A DNA stretch of 45,909 nucleotides from Candidatus Zixiibacteriota bacterium (GCA_041742355.1 JBGSIV010000020.1:1-45909), one strand, 5' to 3'. Shown: positions 19,480-29,507, counted from the first letter of the stretch. Made by a program: numbers and translations. Notes: generated from the sequence alone by a model not told the origin.

Positions 19480-21174
19480 TTACCGATTCATGCAGCCGGC
19501 GGCCGGCGGGGGGCCGCCGCGGAAGAGGAATCCCACCAGGTAGGTAAGATCTGATACGCTGATGCCGCAGTCGCCGTTGGTGTCAGCCAGGACGAAGGCG
19601 CACGGTAATTGGCTGCCGCGGAAAAGATAGGCCACAAGTTGGGTCAAGTCGGAGACTGAGAGACCGCCGCTTCCGTCGACATCGCCCGGCAGGAAGGTGC
19701 GGAAGGACGTCGGGGCGGATTCGCTGGTGCGGCCGGTTGTATCGGCGGCGACTACCTTCCACCAGCGTGTCGCGTTGAAGCCGAGCGAATCGGGCAGGAG
19801 CAGCGAAGTGTCGGCGGTCGCCGGGCTGACCCATGGCGAAGCGAACGACGAATCGTCGTCTACATGGAGAACGTAGATCGCGGATTCACCGGGGTCAGGG
19901 TCGAACGACGATGACCAGACGAAGGTCGGCTGGAGGTCGATCACGGGACAGTCGTCTCCGGCAGGGAAAAGCGCCGCCGGGGCGCTCGGCGGCTGCGGCC
20001 CGAGCTTGACCATGTCCACCACGGTGCTGTACCAGTCGTAGCTGTCGGCGGTGTCGCGCGCGCCTGAAACGACCAGTCGGTAGTACGGTCCCTCGGCGCC
20101 ACCCAGGATGAGTGGCCGGACCGTGTACACGGTCGAGTCAATTATCGGTGAACCCGGCCGGCTGCCGCCGGCGGCGATGATCGGCTGCGGGTAGGTAGTC
20201 CAGTGTTCGAGGTCAGCGGAGGTCCCGAAGTAGACCGGCTGATTGTCGATCAGCGAACCGGTGGCGAAACCCTCATAGACGCCGACTGAAGGGGAGTGAA
20301 TGGTGGTGTGCCAGTGCTGGTCGTTGTCCGGGAGCGGCCAGTCAAGCAGGGCAAGATCGAAATGGGTCGACAGCGCACTACCCATGACCTTGCGCCGGCT
20401 GACCCATGGGGCCGGTGAAGCTGACAACCGGGCGAGATCGGCCGATTCCCAGAGGGCAAGGGCTCGGCCGCCGAGGGTATCTTCGATCGTAACTATGCGG
20501 TAGAATCCGTTCTCGGCAACAACGGATGGTGCATAGAGACTCAACGAGGCATGTTCCGGGGTCACCGGGCTGCCGGTGTTGTAGTAGCCGTTGATCAGGG
20601 TGGCGGTGTCCAGGCCCGTGGCGCCGTCCCACCTGACCACATAAATCATATTCACGTTTTGGACTTTGCCGGCCGCCTGGTAACAGGACATCGTGGCGCG
20701 CACCAGAAACGTCTTCACCGAATCGTGGTCGAGAAACATAAAGGGGTCGGAAGTATAGGCGCAGATGCAGGAGTCGGCCCAGTCGAAGAGGGCGTCGCTG
20801 CGGACGTCGAACATCGTGAACGGCACGAGGGGGTTGATCAGGGTGTCGCCGCCGGGAAGGCTTGGGGTGTGCCAGACATCGTGATCGAGGATGATGTCGG
20901 AGGCGATGTCGACGGTGTCATCCAGTCGCCAGATCGAGAGCTGCTCTGATTCGCCTGCGCCGGCGCTGCCCAACGGGGTGCCGTAGGCGTAGATGCCTTC
21001 TCCCGGGACAGAGAGAAAGCCGCTGTGCATGGTCTGAAAGCTGTCGGCGGGGATATGAATCGCCGGGCCGAACACTCGCAGGAGGAGCTTGGCCGAGGGG
21101 ATAGGCTCCGTCTGAATCGAGTCGGCGTGAGCGGTCGCGACAGCCAGTATCAAGCACACAAGCCAGCGCAGCAC
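19480..21174 (-). CDS. secreted protein, possible five-bladed beta-propeller glycosidase-like domain + FN3-like module + dockerin-like domain
   Basis: GGAGG RBS, then GTG at 21174 gives signal peptide MLRWLVCLILAVATAHA; blade-like motifs 'SDPFMF', 'YAPSVV', 'TSADLEHW' are only weak support; C-terminal 'GDVDGSGGLSVSDLT..ADTNGDCGISVSDLTYLV'. Confidence 0.7.
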   Translation of the reverse strand: MLRWLVCLILAVATAHADSIQTEPIPSAKLLLRVFGPAIHIPADSFQTMHSGFLSVPGEGIYAYGTPLGSAGAGESEQLSIWRLDDTVDIASDIILDHDVWHTPSLPGGDTLINPLVPFTMFDVRSDALFDWADSCICAYTSDPFMFLDHDSVKTFLVRATMSCYQAAGKVQNVNMIYVVRWDGATGLDTATLINGYYNTGSPVTPEHASLSLYAPSVVAENGFYRIVTIEDTLGGRALALWESADLARLSASPAPWVSRRKVMGSALSTHFDLALLDWPLPDNDQHWHTTIHSPSVGVYEGFATGSLIDNQPVYFGTSADLEHWTTYPQPIIAAGGSRPGSPIIDSTVYTVRPLILGGAEGPYYRLVVSGARDTADSYDWYSTVVDMVKLGPQPPSAPAALFPAGDDCPVIDLQPTFVWSSSFDPDPGESAIYVLHVDDDSSFASPWVSPATADTSLLLPDSLGFNATRWWKVVAADTTGRTSESAPTSFRTFLPGDVDGSGGLSVSDLTQLVAYLFRGSQLPCAFVLADTNGDCGISVSDLTYLVGFLFRGGPPPAAGCMNR

Positions 21175-21260
21175 TGCGTACCTCCAGGGTGGGTGGGCGG
21201 TGAGTACACCGCAATATACCGCTTCCCGGCCAATCGTCAATGCCGACCGGTCGCCTAACA

Positions 21261-21289
21261 GAAAAGGCGGGCCGAGCGCCCGCCTTTTC
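21261..21289 (-). terminator. terminator after valS
   Basis: gaaaaggcgggc/gcccgccttttc inverted repeat. Confidence 0.65.
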
Positions 21290-21314
21290 CGGTCAATCTC
21301 ACTGTATATATCGG

Positions 21315-24002
21315 CTACCAGCCCATGATTTGTTCGAGATTCTTGTTCAGTTTCTCGATCCGATCCTGGTAGTCGGCCTTTTTCGCCTTTTCCCGGTCGA
21401 TGATGTCGGCCGGAGCGTTGGCCAGGAAGTCCTGATTGGCCAGCTTCTTCGAGACTTTTTCGAGCTGGACCGCGAGGTTTTGCAGCTCCTTTTCGACCCG
21501 ATTGCGCTCGACTTCGATATCGATCAACCCCTCCAGCGGGAGGAAGATTTCGGCGCCGGAGATAACCGCGGTGGCCGACGGCGCCGGGCGCTTGATCCTG
21601 GTTCCGGTGTGGAGGTCGTTCACCCGGGCCAGCGACCGGAAGTACTCAATGTGCCCCTGAAGCAGTTCGGCAAAGGTGGGGTCATCGACCTGAACATACA
21701 GGTCCGACTTCTTTCCCGGCGGGACATTCAACTCCGAGCGCATCGACCGGACAGCAGTGACCACGGCCTGAATCTGCTCGAGGCTGGCTTCCAGTTCGTC
21801 GTCTATGAAGCGGCCATCGGTGGTCGGCCACGGGCCGAACACGATCGTCGCCTCTCCTTCGATTTCCTGTCCGACCAGGTCGAGGTAGATCCGCTCGGTC
21901 ACAAACGGCACGAACGGGTGGAGCAGCTTGACAATCTTGTCGAGCACGTAGGTGGCGACATTGAGCGACCCGGGCCGGATTTCCTGTCCCGGCTGGTCGG
22001 GCTTGATTAGCTCGATATACCAGGAGCAGTAGTCGTTCCAGACGAAATTGTAGAGCGTCTTCGTCGCGGCCGACAGGCGGAATTCGGCGAAGTTGCGGTC
22101 GACCGTTCGGATGGTCCGCTCCAGCCGCGAGAGGATCCAGCGGTCAAAGATGACGAGGTCGTTCTCGTCGATCCTGTCGAGCACCGGCTGACGACCATCC
22201 AGACGCATCATGACGAACCGCGAGACCTGGTGCAGCTTGTTGACGAAGTTGCGGCCGATTTCGAAGGTGTTCTTGCTGATCCACGGATCCTGACCATCGG
22301 GCGTCGCCAGGGTCAGCGAAATGCGCAGCGAGTCGGCGCCGTACTTCTCGATAATCTCGAGCGGGTCGATGCCGTTACCGAGCGATTTGGACATCTTGAT
22401 GCCGTTGGCGTCGCGGACGGTGCCGTGGATATAGACATCGGAGAAGGGCTGTTCGCCGACAAACTCGTAGCCGGCCATGACCATCCGGGCGACCCAGAGG
22501 AAGATGATCTCGCTGGCGGTGGAGAGCACCTTGGTCGGGTAGAATTTCTGCAGGTCGGGGGTGTTGTCGGGCCAGCCCATGGTCGAGAACGGCCACAGCC
22601 AGGAGGAGAACCAGGTGTCCAGAACGTCGTCGTCCTGGGTCAGGTCTTCCGGGTTGTAGCCATCGGGGAGGTCTTCCTTCTTCGGGCGGTCCATCGAGAC
22701 GAACATGGTCCCGTCTTCGGCGTACCAGATCGGGATCCGGTGGCCCCACCAGAGTTGGCGGGAGATGCACCAGTCGCGGATGTTCTCCATCCAGTGCAGG
22801 TAGGTCTTGGACCAGTAGTCCGGGTGGAACCGCAGGGAGCCGGTTTTGACGGCGGCGGTGGCCGGCTGGGCCAGTTCACTCATCTTGACGAACCACTGCT
22901 CGGAGAGGTACGGTTCGACGACGTTGTGGCAGCGGTAGCAGGTGCCGGCGGCGAGCTTGTACTTGTCGATCTTCTCGAGGTGTCCCTTGCGGGAGAGCTC
23001 GTCCACCAACTGCTTGCGGGCCTCGAATCGGTCGAGGTTCTTGAACTTGCCGGCGTTCTCGTTCAGGGAGCCGTCGGTATTGAGAATATTGATTTCTTCG
23101 AGGTCGTGGCGCTTGCCGATTTCGAAGTCGTTCGGATCGTGTGCCGGCGTGACCTTGACGACGCCGGTACCGAACTCAGGATCAACGTAGCTGTCGGCGA
23201 CAACGGGAATCTCGCGCTCGAGGATCGGCAGGATGATGGTCTTGCCGACAAACCGTTTGTAGCGCATGTCCTTCGGGCTGACCGCGAGGGCCGTGTCGCC
23301 GAGCATAGTCTCGGGACGGGTGGTCGCCACTGTCAGGTACTCGTCGGATCCTTTGAGCTTGTAGCGGATATACCAGAGGTGGCTGTCGAATTCGACGTGT
23401 TCGACTTCATCATCGGACAGGGATGTCTGGCATGACGGGCACCAGTTGACAATGCGATGGCCGCGGTAGATCCAGCCTTTTTCGTAGAGGTGTTTGAAGA
23501 CCTCGGCGACCGCCCGCGAAAGGCCCTCATCCAGCGTAAAGCGGGTGCGGGTCCAGTCGCAGGAGCAGCCCATTTTGCGGAGCTGATTGAGGATCTTATC
23601 CTTATTGCCGTAAGCCCATTCGCGGGTCCGTTCGAGGAATTTCTCGCGACCCATTTCACGGCGGGTCGTGCCCTCCTTGGCGAGGCGCTTTTCGACGATC
23701 ACCTGGGTGGCGATACCAGCGTGGTCCGCCCCCGGAATCCAGACCGCTTCGAAGCCCATCATCCGATGGCGCCGGATAAGGATGTCCTGGATCGAGTTGT
23801 TGAGCGCGTGGCCCAGGTGCAGGACATCGGTAACGTTCGGCGGGGGGATGACAATCGTATACGGCTTTTTCGACGACTTCGGGTTTCCCACGAAAGCACC
23901 GGAATCGAGCCATTTCTTGTAAAGCCGGTCTTCAACTTCAGCCGGAGAGTAGGCTGTGGACTTGCCGGTCTTGGTGTCGTTTTCCTTGCTCATACTGTTC
24001 AT
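21315..24002 (-). CDS. valS: valyl-tRNA synthetase
   Basis: 'PPPNVTDVLHLGHA', 'ATTRPETMLGDTA', 'DWCISRQLWWGHRIP', 'KMSKS', C-terminal coiled coil; the start may be 23993. Confidence 0.99.
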   Translation of the reverse strand: MNSMSKENDTKTGKSTAYSPAEVEDRLYKKWLDSGAFVGNPKSSKKPYTIVIPPPNVTDVLHLGHALNNSIQDILIRRHRMMGFEAVWIPGADHAGIATQVIVEKRLAKEGTTRREMGREKFLERTREWAYGNKDKILNQLRKMGCSCDWTRTRFTLDEGLSRAVAEVFKHLYEKGWIYRGHRIVNWCPSCQTSLSDDEVEHVEFDSHLWYIRYKLKGSDEYLTVATTRPETMLGDTALAVSPKDMRYKRFVGKTIILPILEREIPVVADSYVDPEFGTGVVKVTPAHDPNDFEIGKRHDLEEINILNTDGSLNENAGKFKNLDRFEARKQLVDELSRKGHLEKIDKYKLAAGTCYRCHNVVEPYLSEQWFVKMSELAQPATAAVKTGSLRFHPDYWSKTYLHWMENIRDWCISRQLWWGHRIPIWYAEDGTMFVSMDRPKKEDLPDGYNPEDLTQDDDVLDTWFSSWLWPFSTMGWPDNTPDLQKFYPTKVLSTASEIIFLWVARMVMAGYEFVGEQPFSDVYIHGTVRDANGIKMSKSLGNGIDPLEIIEKYGADSLRISLTLATPDGQDPWISKNTFEIGRNFVNKLHQVSRFVMMRLDGRQPVLDRIDENDLVIFDRWILSRLERTIRTVDRNFAEFRLSAATKTLYNFVWNDYCSWYIELIKPDQPGQEIRPGSLNVATYVLDKIVKLLHPFVPFVTERIYLDLVGQEIEGEATIVFGPWPTTDGRFIDDELEASLEQIQAVVTAVRSMRSELNVPPGKKSDLYVQVDDPTFAELLQGHIEYFRSLARVNDLHTGTRIKRPAPSATAVISGAEIFLPLEGLIDIEVERNRVEKELQNLAVQLEKVSKKLANQDFLANAPADIIDREKAKKADYQDRIEKLNKNLEQIMGW

Positions 24003-24145
24003 AAAGGGTATATTCGCCGTCCGGCCGGCAGTTCCGGCCTTAAAGTTAAATCGCTAAGTATAGGGGCACCCATCGCCGTTGTCAAGAAATGAGGCGGTTT
24101 GGGTATTCCCTGTGAACCTGACAATCAGTTACAGTATCGTCAGAT

Positions 24146-24937
24146 ATGACATCGAATAAAGACCAGGTTCTGGACAAAGCCCGTCCGCCGTTCGAGCGGC
24201 TGGTGCAACTCATGGCTGTTTTGCGGGCGCCGGATGGCTGCGCCTGGGACCGGAAACAGACGCACAAAAGCCTGCTGCCATACCTCATCGAGGAAGCCTA
24301 CGAGGTAGTCGAGGCGATCGAATCTGAGGATTTCGATGAACTCCGCGAAGAACTGGGCGACCTGCTGGTACAGGTGGTGTTCCACGCCCAGGTGGCGGCC
24401 GAAGCGGGTCGGTTTACGGTCGACGATTCGATACAGGCGGTCGTGGACAAGCTCGTCGCACGGCACCCCCACATTTTTGGCGAACGTAAGGATTTGAGCC
24501 CCAAGCAGGTCCGCGACCAGTGGGAGCAGATCAAGGTTGATTCCGGTGAGAAGAAGCGCGTTCTGGCGGGAGTGCCCCGGGCGATGCCGGCATTGAACCT
24601 CGCATTCCGGGTAGGGGAGAAGGCGGGAGGCGTGGGCTTTGACTGGAAGGAGCCCGAGGAGGTTCTGCTGAAGCTCGAGGAGGAGATCGCCGAGATCCGG
24701 GAGCGGCTGGCGGCAGGGGATCGTCCGGGAGCGGCCGAGGAGATCGGTGACCTGCTGTTTGCCACAGCTTCTCTGGCGAGGAAACTTGAGGCGGATCCGG
24801 AACGTACACTCAAAGGAGCCGTCGACAAGTTCATCACGCGGTTCAACCGGCTCGAGGATGTCGTGAATGCGTCCGGCCGGCGCTTCAAGGACCATTCTTT
24901 GGACGAATTGGAGGCAATCTGGCAGTCAATCAAATGA
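24146..24937 (+). CDS. mazG: nucleoside triphosphate pyrophosphohydrolase MazG
   Basis: 'LRAPDGCAWDRKQT', 'EEAYEV', 'EELGDLL', and a second domain with 'GFDW' and 'EEIGDLLF'. Confidence 0.96.
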   Translation: MTSNKDQVLDKARPPFERLVQLMAVLRAPDGCAWDRKQTHKSLLPYLIEEAYEVVEAIESEDFDELREELGDLLVQVVFHAQVAAEAGRFTVDDSIQAVVDKLVARHPHIFGERKDLSPKQVRDQWEQIKVDSGEKKRVLAGVPRAMPALNLAFRVGEKAGGVGFDWKEPEEVLLKLEEEIAEIRERLAAGDRPGAAEEIGDLLFATASLARKLEADPERTLKGAVDKFITRFNRLEDVVNASGRRFKDHSLDELEAIWQSIK

Positions 24938-25329
24938 CGGATAAGCCATTAGATTGATTGCGGATTGTCTGAGTTGATGATAGGATTTTGCAACTGATTG
25001 CCAAGCAATTGCTTAGGCGCCAATTTTTTGGCTGTGCGTGGGCCTGAATCGGCGTTTTTTTGTTGTGTTGGCTGACCGTTCCTGATAGACTTGGCCTGAT
25101 TTTGAAGGCCCCTGTGGAATGCTACGGACGGCAAATATAGATGATACTCGTCGCAGCAGTCGAGTTACCAGTCGGGTGAGCGCGGATCGTGCGGACCCCG
25201 GAGGAGGCATGCCTATGGTGTGAGACAGAGTATGTGAGTGGAACGGGAAACCATCGGGATCAGGGATCCCACTGCAACCCCAACCGCCAACATCTATTGG
25301 AACAGGTAACAACTTAAGGATAGACTGAA

Positions 25330-26532
25330 ATGAAGAAACTGATAGCGATTTCCATTCTGGCTCTGTTCATGCTTTGCATGAATGCGTTGGCCACAGAAAC
25401 CCGGACGTTGACCCTTGGTCAGACCAACAACGTCCTCATTGACGAAGCGAATATCTGGCTCTATCCGAGCCGCATTCTGGATTATCCGACGCTGGCGGTC
25501 GGCGAATTCGGGTATGATCCGGCCACCGGCGACGAAGACGTCGAAGACTTCACCCGGTTCGGTATCCACTTCAAGATCGGTCGGGACAACCCGTTTGTTC
25601 TCGGCGGCTACTTTGACAACGCCCCGGCCCTGGTGCCGACGAATCTGTTCGGCGACGAGCTGGTGCCGTTTGACTCCATCCCGCTGGACAATCGCCGGAT
25701 CAACCTATTCTACGGCAACACTATCGGCGGCCTGAACTTTGGTCTGCGCCTGGGCCTCCTCCAGAGCAGCCGGACCACGGAATCCGACGGCGACGATCCG
25801 AAAGAAGAACTCCACTACTACGATGTCAACGCCGGCCTGACGGCTGACGACGGGGCTTGGGATGTCGCGGCGAAGGTGGCCTTCGGCGGATTCACGGATG
25901 AGGACGCCACCGGTGATCCGGAGACTGACGACGACGGGCTTTACGACCTCGGGATCAACGGTCGCATGTTCTACACGATCAATCCCAACTACACCCTTAT
26001 TCCGCACGTCGGCTTGGCCTACAGCAAGCGCGGAATCAAGACCTTTGACGGCGGCGAAGAGACCGAAACCGAAACCAACAGCGCCACCACCCTGCAACTC
26101 GGCACCGGTATCAACTATGTCCCGGCGACCAACGTGCTGGCCGTGGTGGACTTTGGCATCGTGTATGACAAGCGCAACCAGGAAACCAACTTCGTCGACG
26201 ATGAGATCGAAGACGGGGAAGAGAACCTGACTAATCTCTGGCTGCCGTACTTCAAGCTCGGCCTTGATGCCGACGTGTTCCGCTGGATGGACATTCGCCT
26301 GGGCGCGACCAGCATCTGGAATCGTCGGACCGATGAAGACGTGCTGATTGACACCAAGGACAAGTGGAACTACGCCGACAACGAAACCTACCTCGGCTTT
26401 GGTTTCCACTGGAACCGTCTGCACATCGACACTTACACCGATCCGCAGCTGTTCCTCAACGGCTTCAATTTCCTGTCCGGTTCCGAGAACAACATGAACT
26501 TCCAGATCTCGGCCGTCTACGAGATGATGTAA
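25330..26532 (+). CDS. acidic outer-membrane beta-barrel protein (porin/FadL-like), function unknown
   Basis: Sec signal peptide ending ALA, many amphipathic beta strands separated by Asp/Glu/Thr loops, C-terminal strand 'FQISAVYEMM', strongly C-ending codons. Confidence 0.7.
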   Translation: MKKLIAISILALFMLCMNALATETRTLTLGQTNNVLIDEANIWLYPSRILDYPTLAVGEFGYDPATGDEDVEDFTRFGIHFKIGRDNPFVLGGYFDNAPALVPTNLFGDELVPFDSIPLDNRRINLFYGNTIGGLNFGLRLGLLQSSRTTESDGDDPKEELHYYDVNAGLTADDGAWDVAAKVAFGGFTDEDATGDPETDDDGLYDLGINGRMFYTINPNYTLIPHVGLAYSKRGIKTFDGGEETETETNSATTLQLGTGINYVPATNVLAVVDFGIVYDKRNQETNFVDDEIEDGEENLTNLWLPYFKLGLDADVFRWMDIRLGATSIWNRRTDEDVLIDTKDKWNYADNETYLGFGFHWNRLHIDTYTDPQLFLNGFNFLSGSENNMNFQISAVYEMM

Positions 26533-26563
26533 TACGAGTATTTCATCTTTGCTCTGACACCAC

Positions 26564-26592
26564 AAAAGCCCGGCCTCTCGGCCGGGCTTTTT
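26564..26592. terminator. bidirectional terminator
   Basis: aaaagcccggcc-tctc-ggccgggctttt between convergent genes. Confidence 0.8.
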
Positions 26593-26628
26593 GATTAGCT
26601 GTGCCTGGACAGGAGCGGACCGGCCGGG

Positions 26629-27318
26629 TCAACCCAGCCAGTTGTCGAGCAGGCGGTGGTTGGCGGCGCGGAGTTCGGTCTCGGCCTCGGCGAATTCAGC
26701 CATGACCTGCTCTTGCGTCTTCCCAAACGACACCATTTCGTCGGCGTACCGCTCGCACCACCGCGCAACATCGGCCCCGGTCACTTCCAGATGAAACTGT
26801 AGCCCCACCTGCCGGTCCTTGCGGTAAGCCTGGTGTTTCCACACGCTGTCGGAGGCGAGGTGGACGGCGTTAAACGGGGTCCGAAAGGTGTCGCTGTGCC
26901 AGTGGAAAATGGGAAATTCGGGTGCGAATCCGGCGAAGAGCGGGTCGGCCGCACCTTCGGGCGTCAGCACCGCCCGGTAGGCGCCGATTTCCCTGGCGTT
27001 CCCCGCCTCTACTTTGGCGCCGAGGACGCTGGCCAGCAGCTGCCCCCCGAAACAGATGCCGAGGTAAGGCTTGCTCTCCCTGACGGCCCGAGAAACCCAG
27101 GTATGCAGGGCCTTAAGGTAGTCGTACTCATGGTATCGGACCACCGAGTGCGGGCAGCCGAGGCAAATGATGGCATCGACACCCGCGAGATCGGGCAGGG
27201 CCTGTTCGCGGTAGGTGTGGACGATGGTATAGGGGAGGGCGCGGTCGGCCAGCCAGTCGAGGGTGGTGCCGGGGCCCTCGGGCTCGATGTTCTGCAGGAC
27301 GAGGATCGGTTTGGTCAT
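26629..27318 (-). CDS. class I glutamine amidotransferase-like protein
   Basis: 'LGICFGGQ' nucleophile elbow, 'FHWHSDTF', 'GLQFHLE' (Cys-His-Glu triad). Confidence 0.9.
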   Translation of the reverse strand: MTKPILVLQNIEPEGPGTTLDWLADRALPYTIVHTYREQALPDLAGVDAIICLGCPHSVVRYHEYDYLKALHTWVSRAVRESKPYLGICFGGQLLASVLGAKVEAGNAREIGAYRAVLTPEGAADPLFAGFAPEFPIFHWHSDTFRTPFNAVHLASDSVWKHQAYRKDRQVGLQFHLEVTGADVARWCERYADEMVSFGKTQEQVMAEFAEAETELRAANHRLLDNWLG

Positions 27319-27339
27319 GCTCGGTTACTCCTGATAACA

Positions 27340-27367
27340 GAAAACGCGCGCCGAAGCGCGCGTTTTC
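27340..27367 (-). terminator. hairpin/terminator after speE
   Basis: 12-bp stem with a cUUCGg tetraloop on the minus strand and a short U-tract. Confidence 0.6.
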
Positions 27368-27396
27368 CTCTATAGCTATGAGGTTCTTGCGCGTTC

Positions 27397-28296
27397 TCAG
27401 TCGCCGATGACGTCCTTGACAAACTGCGGCAGACAGAACGACCCGCGGTGGATATCCGCATTGTAGTACTTCGTCTTCAGTCTGAGACGATCGTAGCTGT
27501 CCTGGCGGAAATCCCTGATCGGGTCGTACTTCTTGCTGCAAAAGGCGAACGACCAGAAGGTCGACGGGTAGATCGGCATGAAGCAGGTGCACATGCGGAC
27601 GACGGGGAAGATGTCCCGCAGGTTCCGGTACATCTGGGCCACCGTTTCCTTGTTGTAGAACGGGGACTCCGACTGCGCGACGAGGATTCCGTCGTCGTTG
27701 AGCGTGTCGTGCACCTTCTGGTGGAACTGCTTCTGGAACAGGTCGGCCGCGGGACCGACCGGGTCGGAAAGGTCGAGGACGATGACGTCGAACTTCCCTT
27801 TGGCTTCTTCGATGAACTTCTTGCCGTCGTCGAACACGACCCTGGCCCGTGGGTCCGAAAGCCCGGTCGTGAGGTAGGAGAAGTGACGTTTCGACACCTC
27901 GACCACCATTTTATCGATCTCGCACATGGTGCAGGTTTTGACTTCCGGATGCTTCAGCATTTCGGTCAGGCAGCCGCAGTCGCCGCCGCCGATGATCAGG
28001 ACCTGTTCGGGTTTCGGGTGGACGAACAGGGGGATGTGCGCCAGCATTTCGTTGTACGCGTTGTTGTCGTTGTCCGCGGCCATGAGGGAACCGTACAGGA
28101 CGAGCATTTTGCCGAAATCCCGCGTATCGAGGACGTCGATGCGCTGGAAATCCGACTGGGTGGACTCGATGATCCGGTCGACCTTGACGGTCAGGCCGGA
28201 GAGGCCGTTGTGGAGCTCGCTGTACCAGACATTCCAGAGGTCGGTCATGCCCGCTTCGGTGATGTACTTATCGTCGCTGCCGCTATGCTGAGTCAT
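27397..28296 (-). CDS. speE: spermidine synthase (polyamine aminopropyltransferase)
   Basis: 'SDFQRI', 'YNEMLAH', 'VLIIGGGDCG', 'CEID', 'DLSDPVGPA', 'QSESP', 'YYNADIH'. Confidence 0.96.
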   Translation of the reverse strand: MTQHSGSDDKYITEAGMTDLWNVWYSELHNGLSGLTVKVDRIIESTQSDFQRIDVLDTRDFGKMLVLYGSLMAADNDNNAYNEMLAHIPLFVHPKPEQVLIIGGGDCGCLTEMLKHPEVKTCTMCEIDKMVVEVSKRHFSYLTTGLSDPRARVVFDDGKKFIEEAKGKFDVIVLDLSDPVGPAADLFQKQFHQKVHDTLNDDGILVAQSESPFYNKETVAQMYRNLRDIFPVVRMCTCFMPIYPSTFWSFAFCSKKYDPIRDFRQDSYDRLRLKTKYYNADIHRGSFCLPQFVKDVIGD

Positions 28297-28319
28297 CGAC
28301 TGGGTCTCCGCTCCTTCGG

Positions 28320-29492
28320 TTAATCGATAATATGGTAATCCGGCCGCTTGAGCGCGTTGAAGTTCGATCCGGAGACCGAGCAGTACGCGCCGGTGGCGGT
28401 GAACACAATGCGATCGCCGACTTCATGGAGCGGGATCATGAGCCCGTCGTACATGACGTCGAACGAGTCGCAGGTCGGGCCGGCGAGGACGGAGAGGAAC
28501 TGCTCCCCGTTCTTGTCCGTGACGACCGGGTACTGGCAGTGGTCGAAGACGATACCCGAGAAGGTCGAGTAGAGGCCGTCGTCGAGGTAGTACCAGATCT
28601 TGCCGTCGCGGTACGAACGGCCGACCACGCTGGTGACGAGGGTCACCGGGGTGGCGGCGATGAAGCGGCCAGGTTCGCTGACGATGCGGATACCGCGGCG
28701 GATGTGTTCGTCGAGGGCCCGGTTGATGGGGCGGGCGAACTCATCGATGTGCGGCACCGGCTCGACGTACTCGACGGGGAAACCGCCGCCGATGTCGAGA
28801 ACGCGGGTGTCGAAACCCTCTTCGTCGAGGGCATGGATGAGCGAATGAGCCGTCTTGATCGCGTTCACGTAATTCTCGGAATAGATGCACTGCGAACCGA
28901 CGTGGAAACACAGGCCGTAGTACTCGTGGCCGGTTTCCCGAATCATGCGGGCCAGGGGCAGGACCTCGTCGGCGGTGCAGCCGAACTTGTACTGCAGGTT
29001 CACCACGGCGTTCGTGTTGACGGCGGTCCGGAAGCGGATCATGACCTTGAGCTTCTTCTCCGTGTAGCGGGCGAATTTGGCCACCTCGGCCGGATTGTCC
29101 ACGACGAAGATCTCCAGACCCTTTTCGACGGCGTGGTCGAACTCGGGGATGGACTTGATCGGATGGGAGTGGATCAACGAAGCCGGGTCCAGCCGGGTGC
29201 GGCTGAGCACGAGATCGATTTCGCCCGCCGAGCAAACGTCGAAATTGCCGCTTTCGGCAAACACCTCATCGATAAAGACGGCGTGGTTGTTCGGTTTGAC
29301 GGCGTAGTGGATGCCGACCCGCGGCAGCGCGCTCTGCAAGTCCCGGAAATTCCGGGCGATGGCCGAGCGGGAGAGGAGGAGTGCCGGCGTCTGCGCCATC
29401 GATCCCGCAAGCAGATCGCGGAGCAGGCCGTTCTCGCCCCCCAGGGCGCGGGCACGCTGTTCCATGACTGAAACATCGACACACGGTGTCAT
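28320..29492 (-). CDS. fold-type III PLP-dependent ornithine (or lysine/ornithine) decarboxylase
   Basis: 'YAVKPN' PLP lysine, 'KFG', 'FHVGSQ', 'LDIGGGF', 'EPGR', 'GPTCDSFD'; lies between speD and speE. Confidence 0.9.
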   Translation of the reverse strand: MTPCVDVSVMEQRARALGGENGLLRDLLAGSMAQTPALLLSRSAIARNFRDLQSALPRVGIHYAVKPNNHAVFIDEVFAESGNFDVCSAGEIDLVLSRTRLDPASLIHSHPIKSIPEFDHAVEKGLEIFVVDNPAEVAKFARYTEKKLKVMIRFRTAVNTNAVVNLQYKFGCTADEVLPLARMIRETGHEYYGLCFHVGSQCIYSENYVNAIKTAHSLIHALDEEGFDTRVLDIGGGFPVEYVEPVPHIDEFARPINRALDEHIRRGIRIVSEPGRFIAATPVTLVTSVVGRSYRDGKIWYYLDDGLYSTFSGIVFDHCQYPVVTDKNGEQFLSVLAGPTCDSFDVMYDGLMIPLHEVGDRIVFTATGAYCSVSGSNFNALKRPDYHIID

Positions 29493-29507
29493 CGCGCATC
29501 AACTCCT

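Noticed and set aside
24146..24937. mazG as part of a toxin-antitoxin or anti-phage module
   Set aside because: It is the ordinary two-domain housekeeping MazG, with no mazEF or defence genes adjacent.
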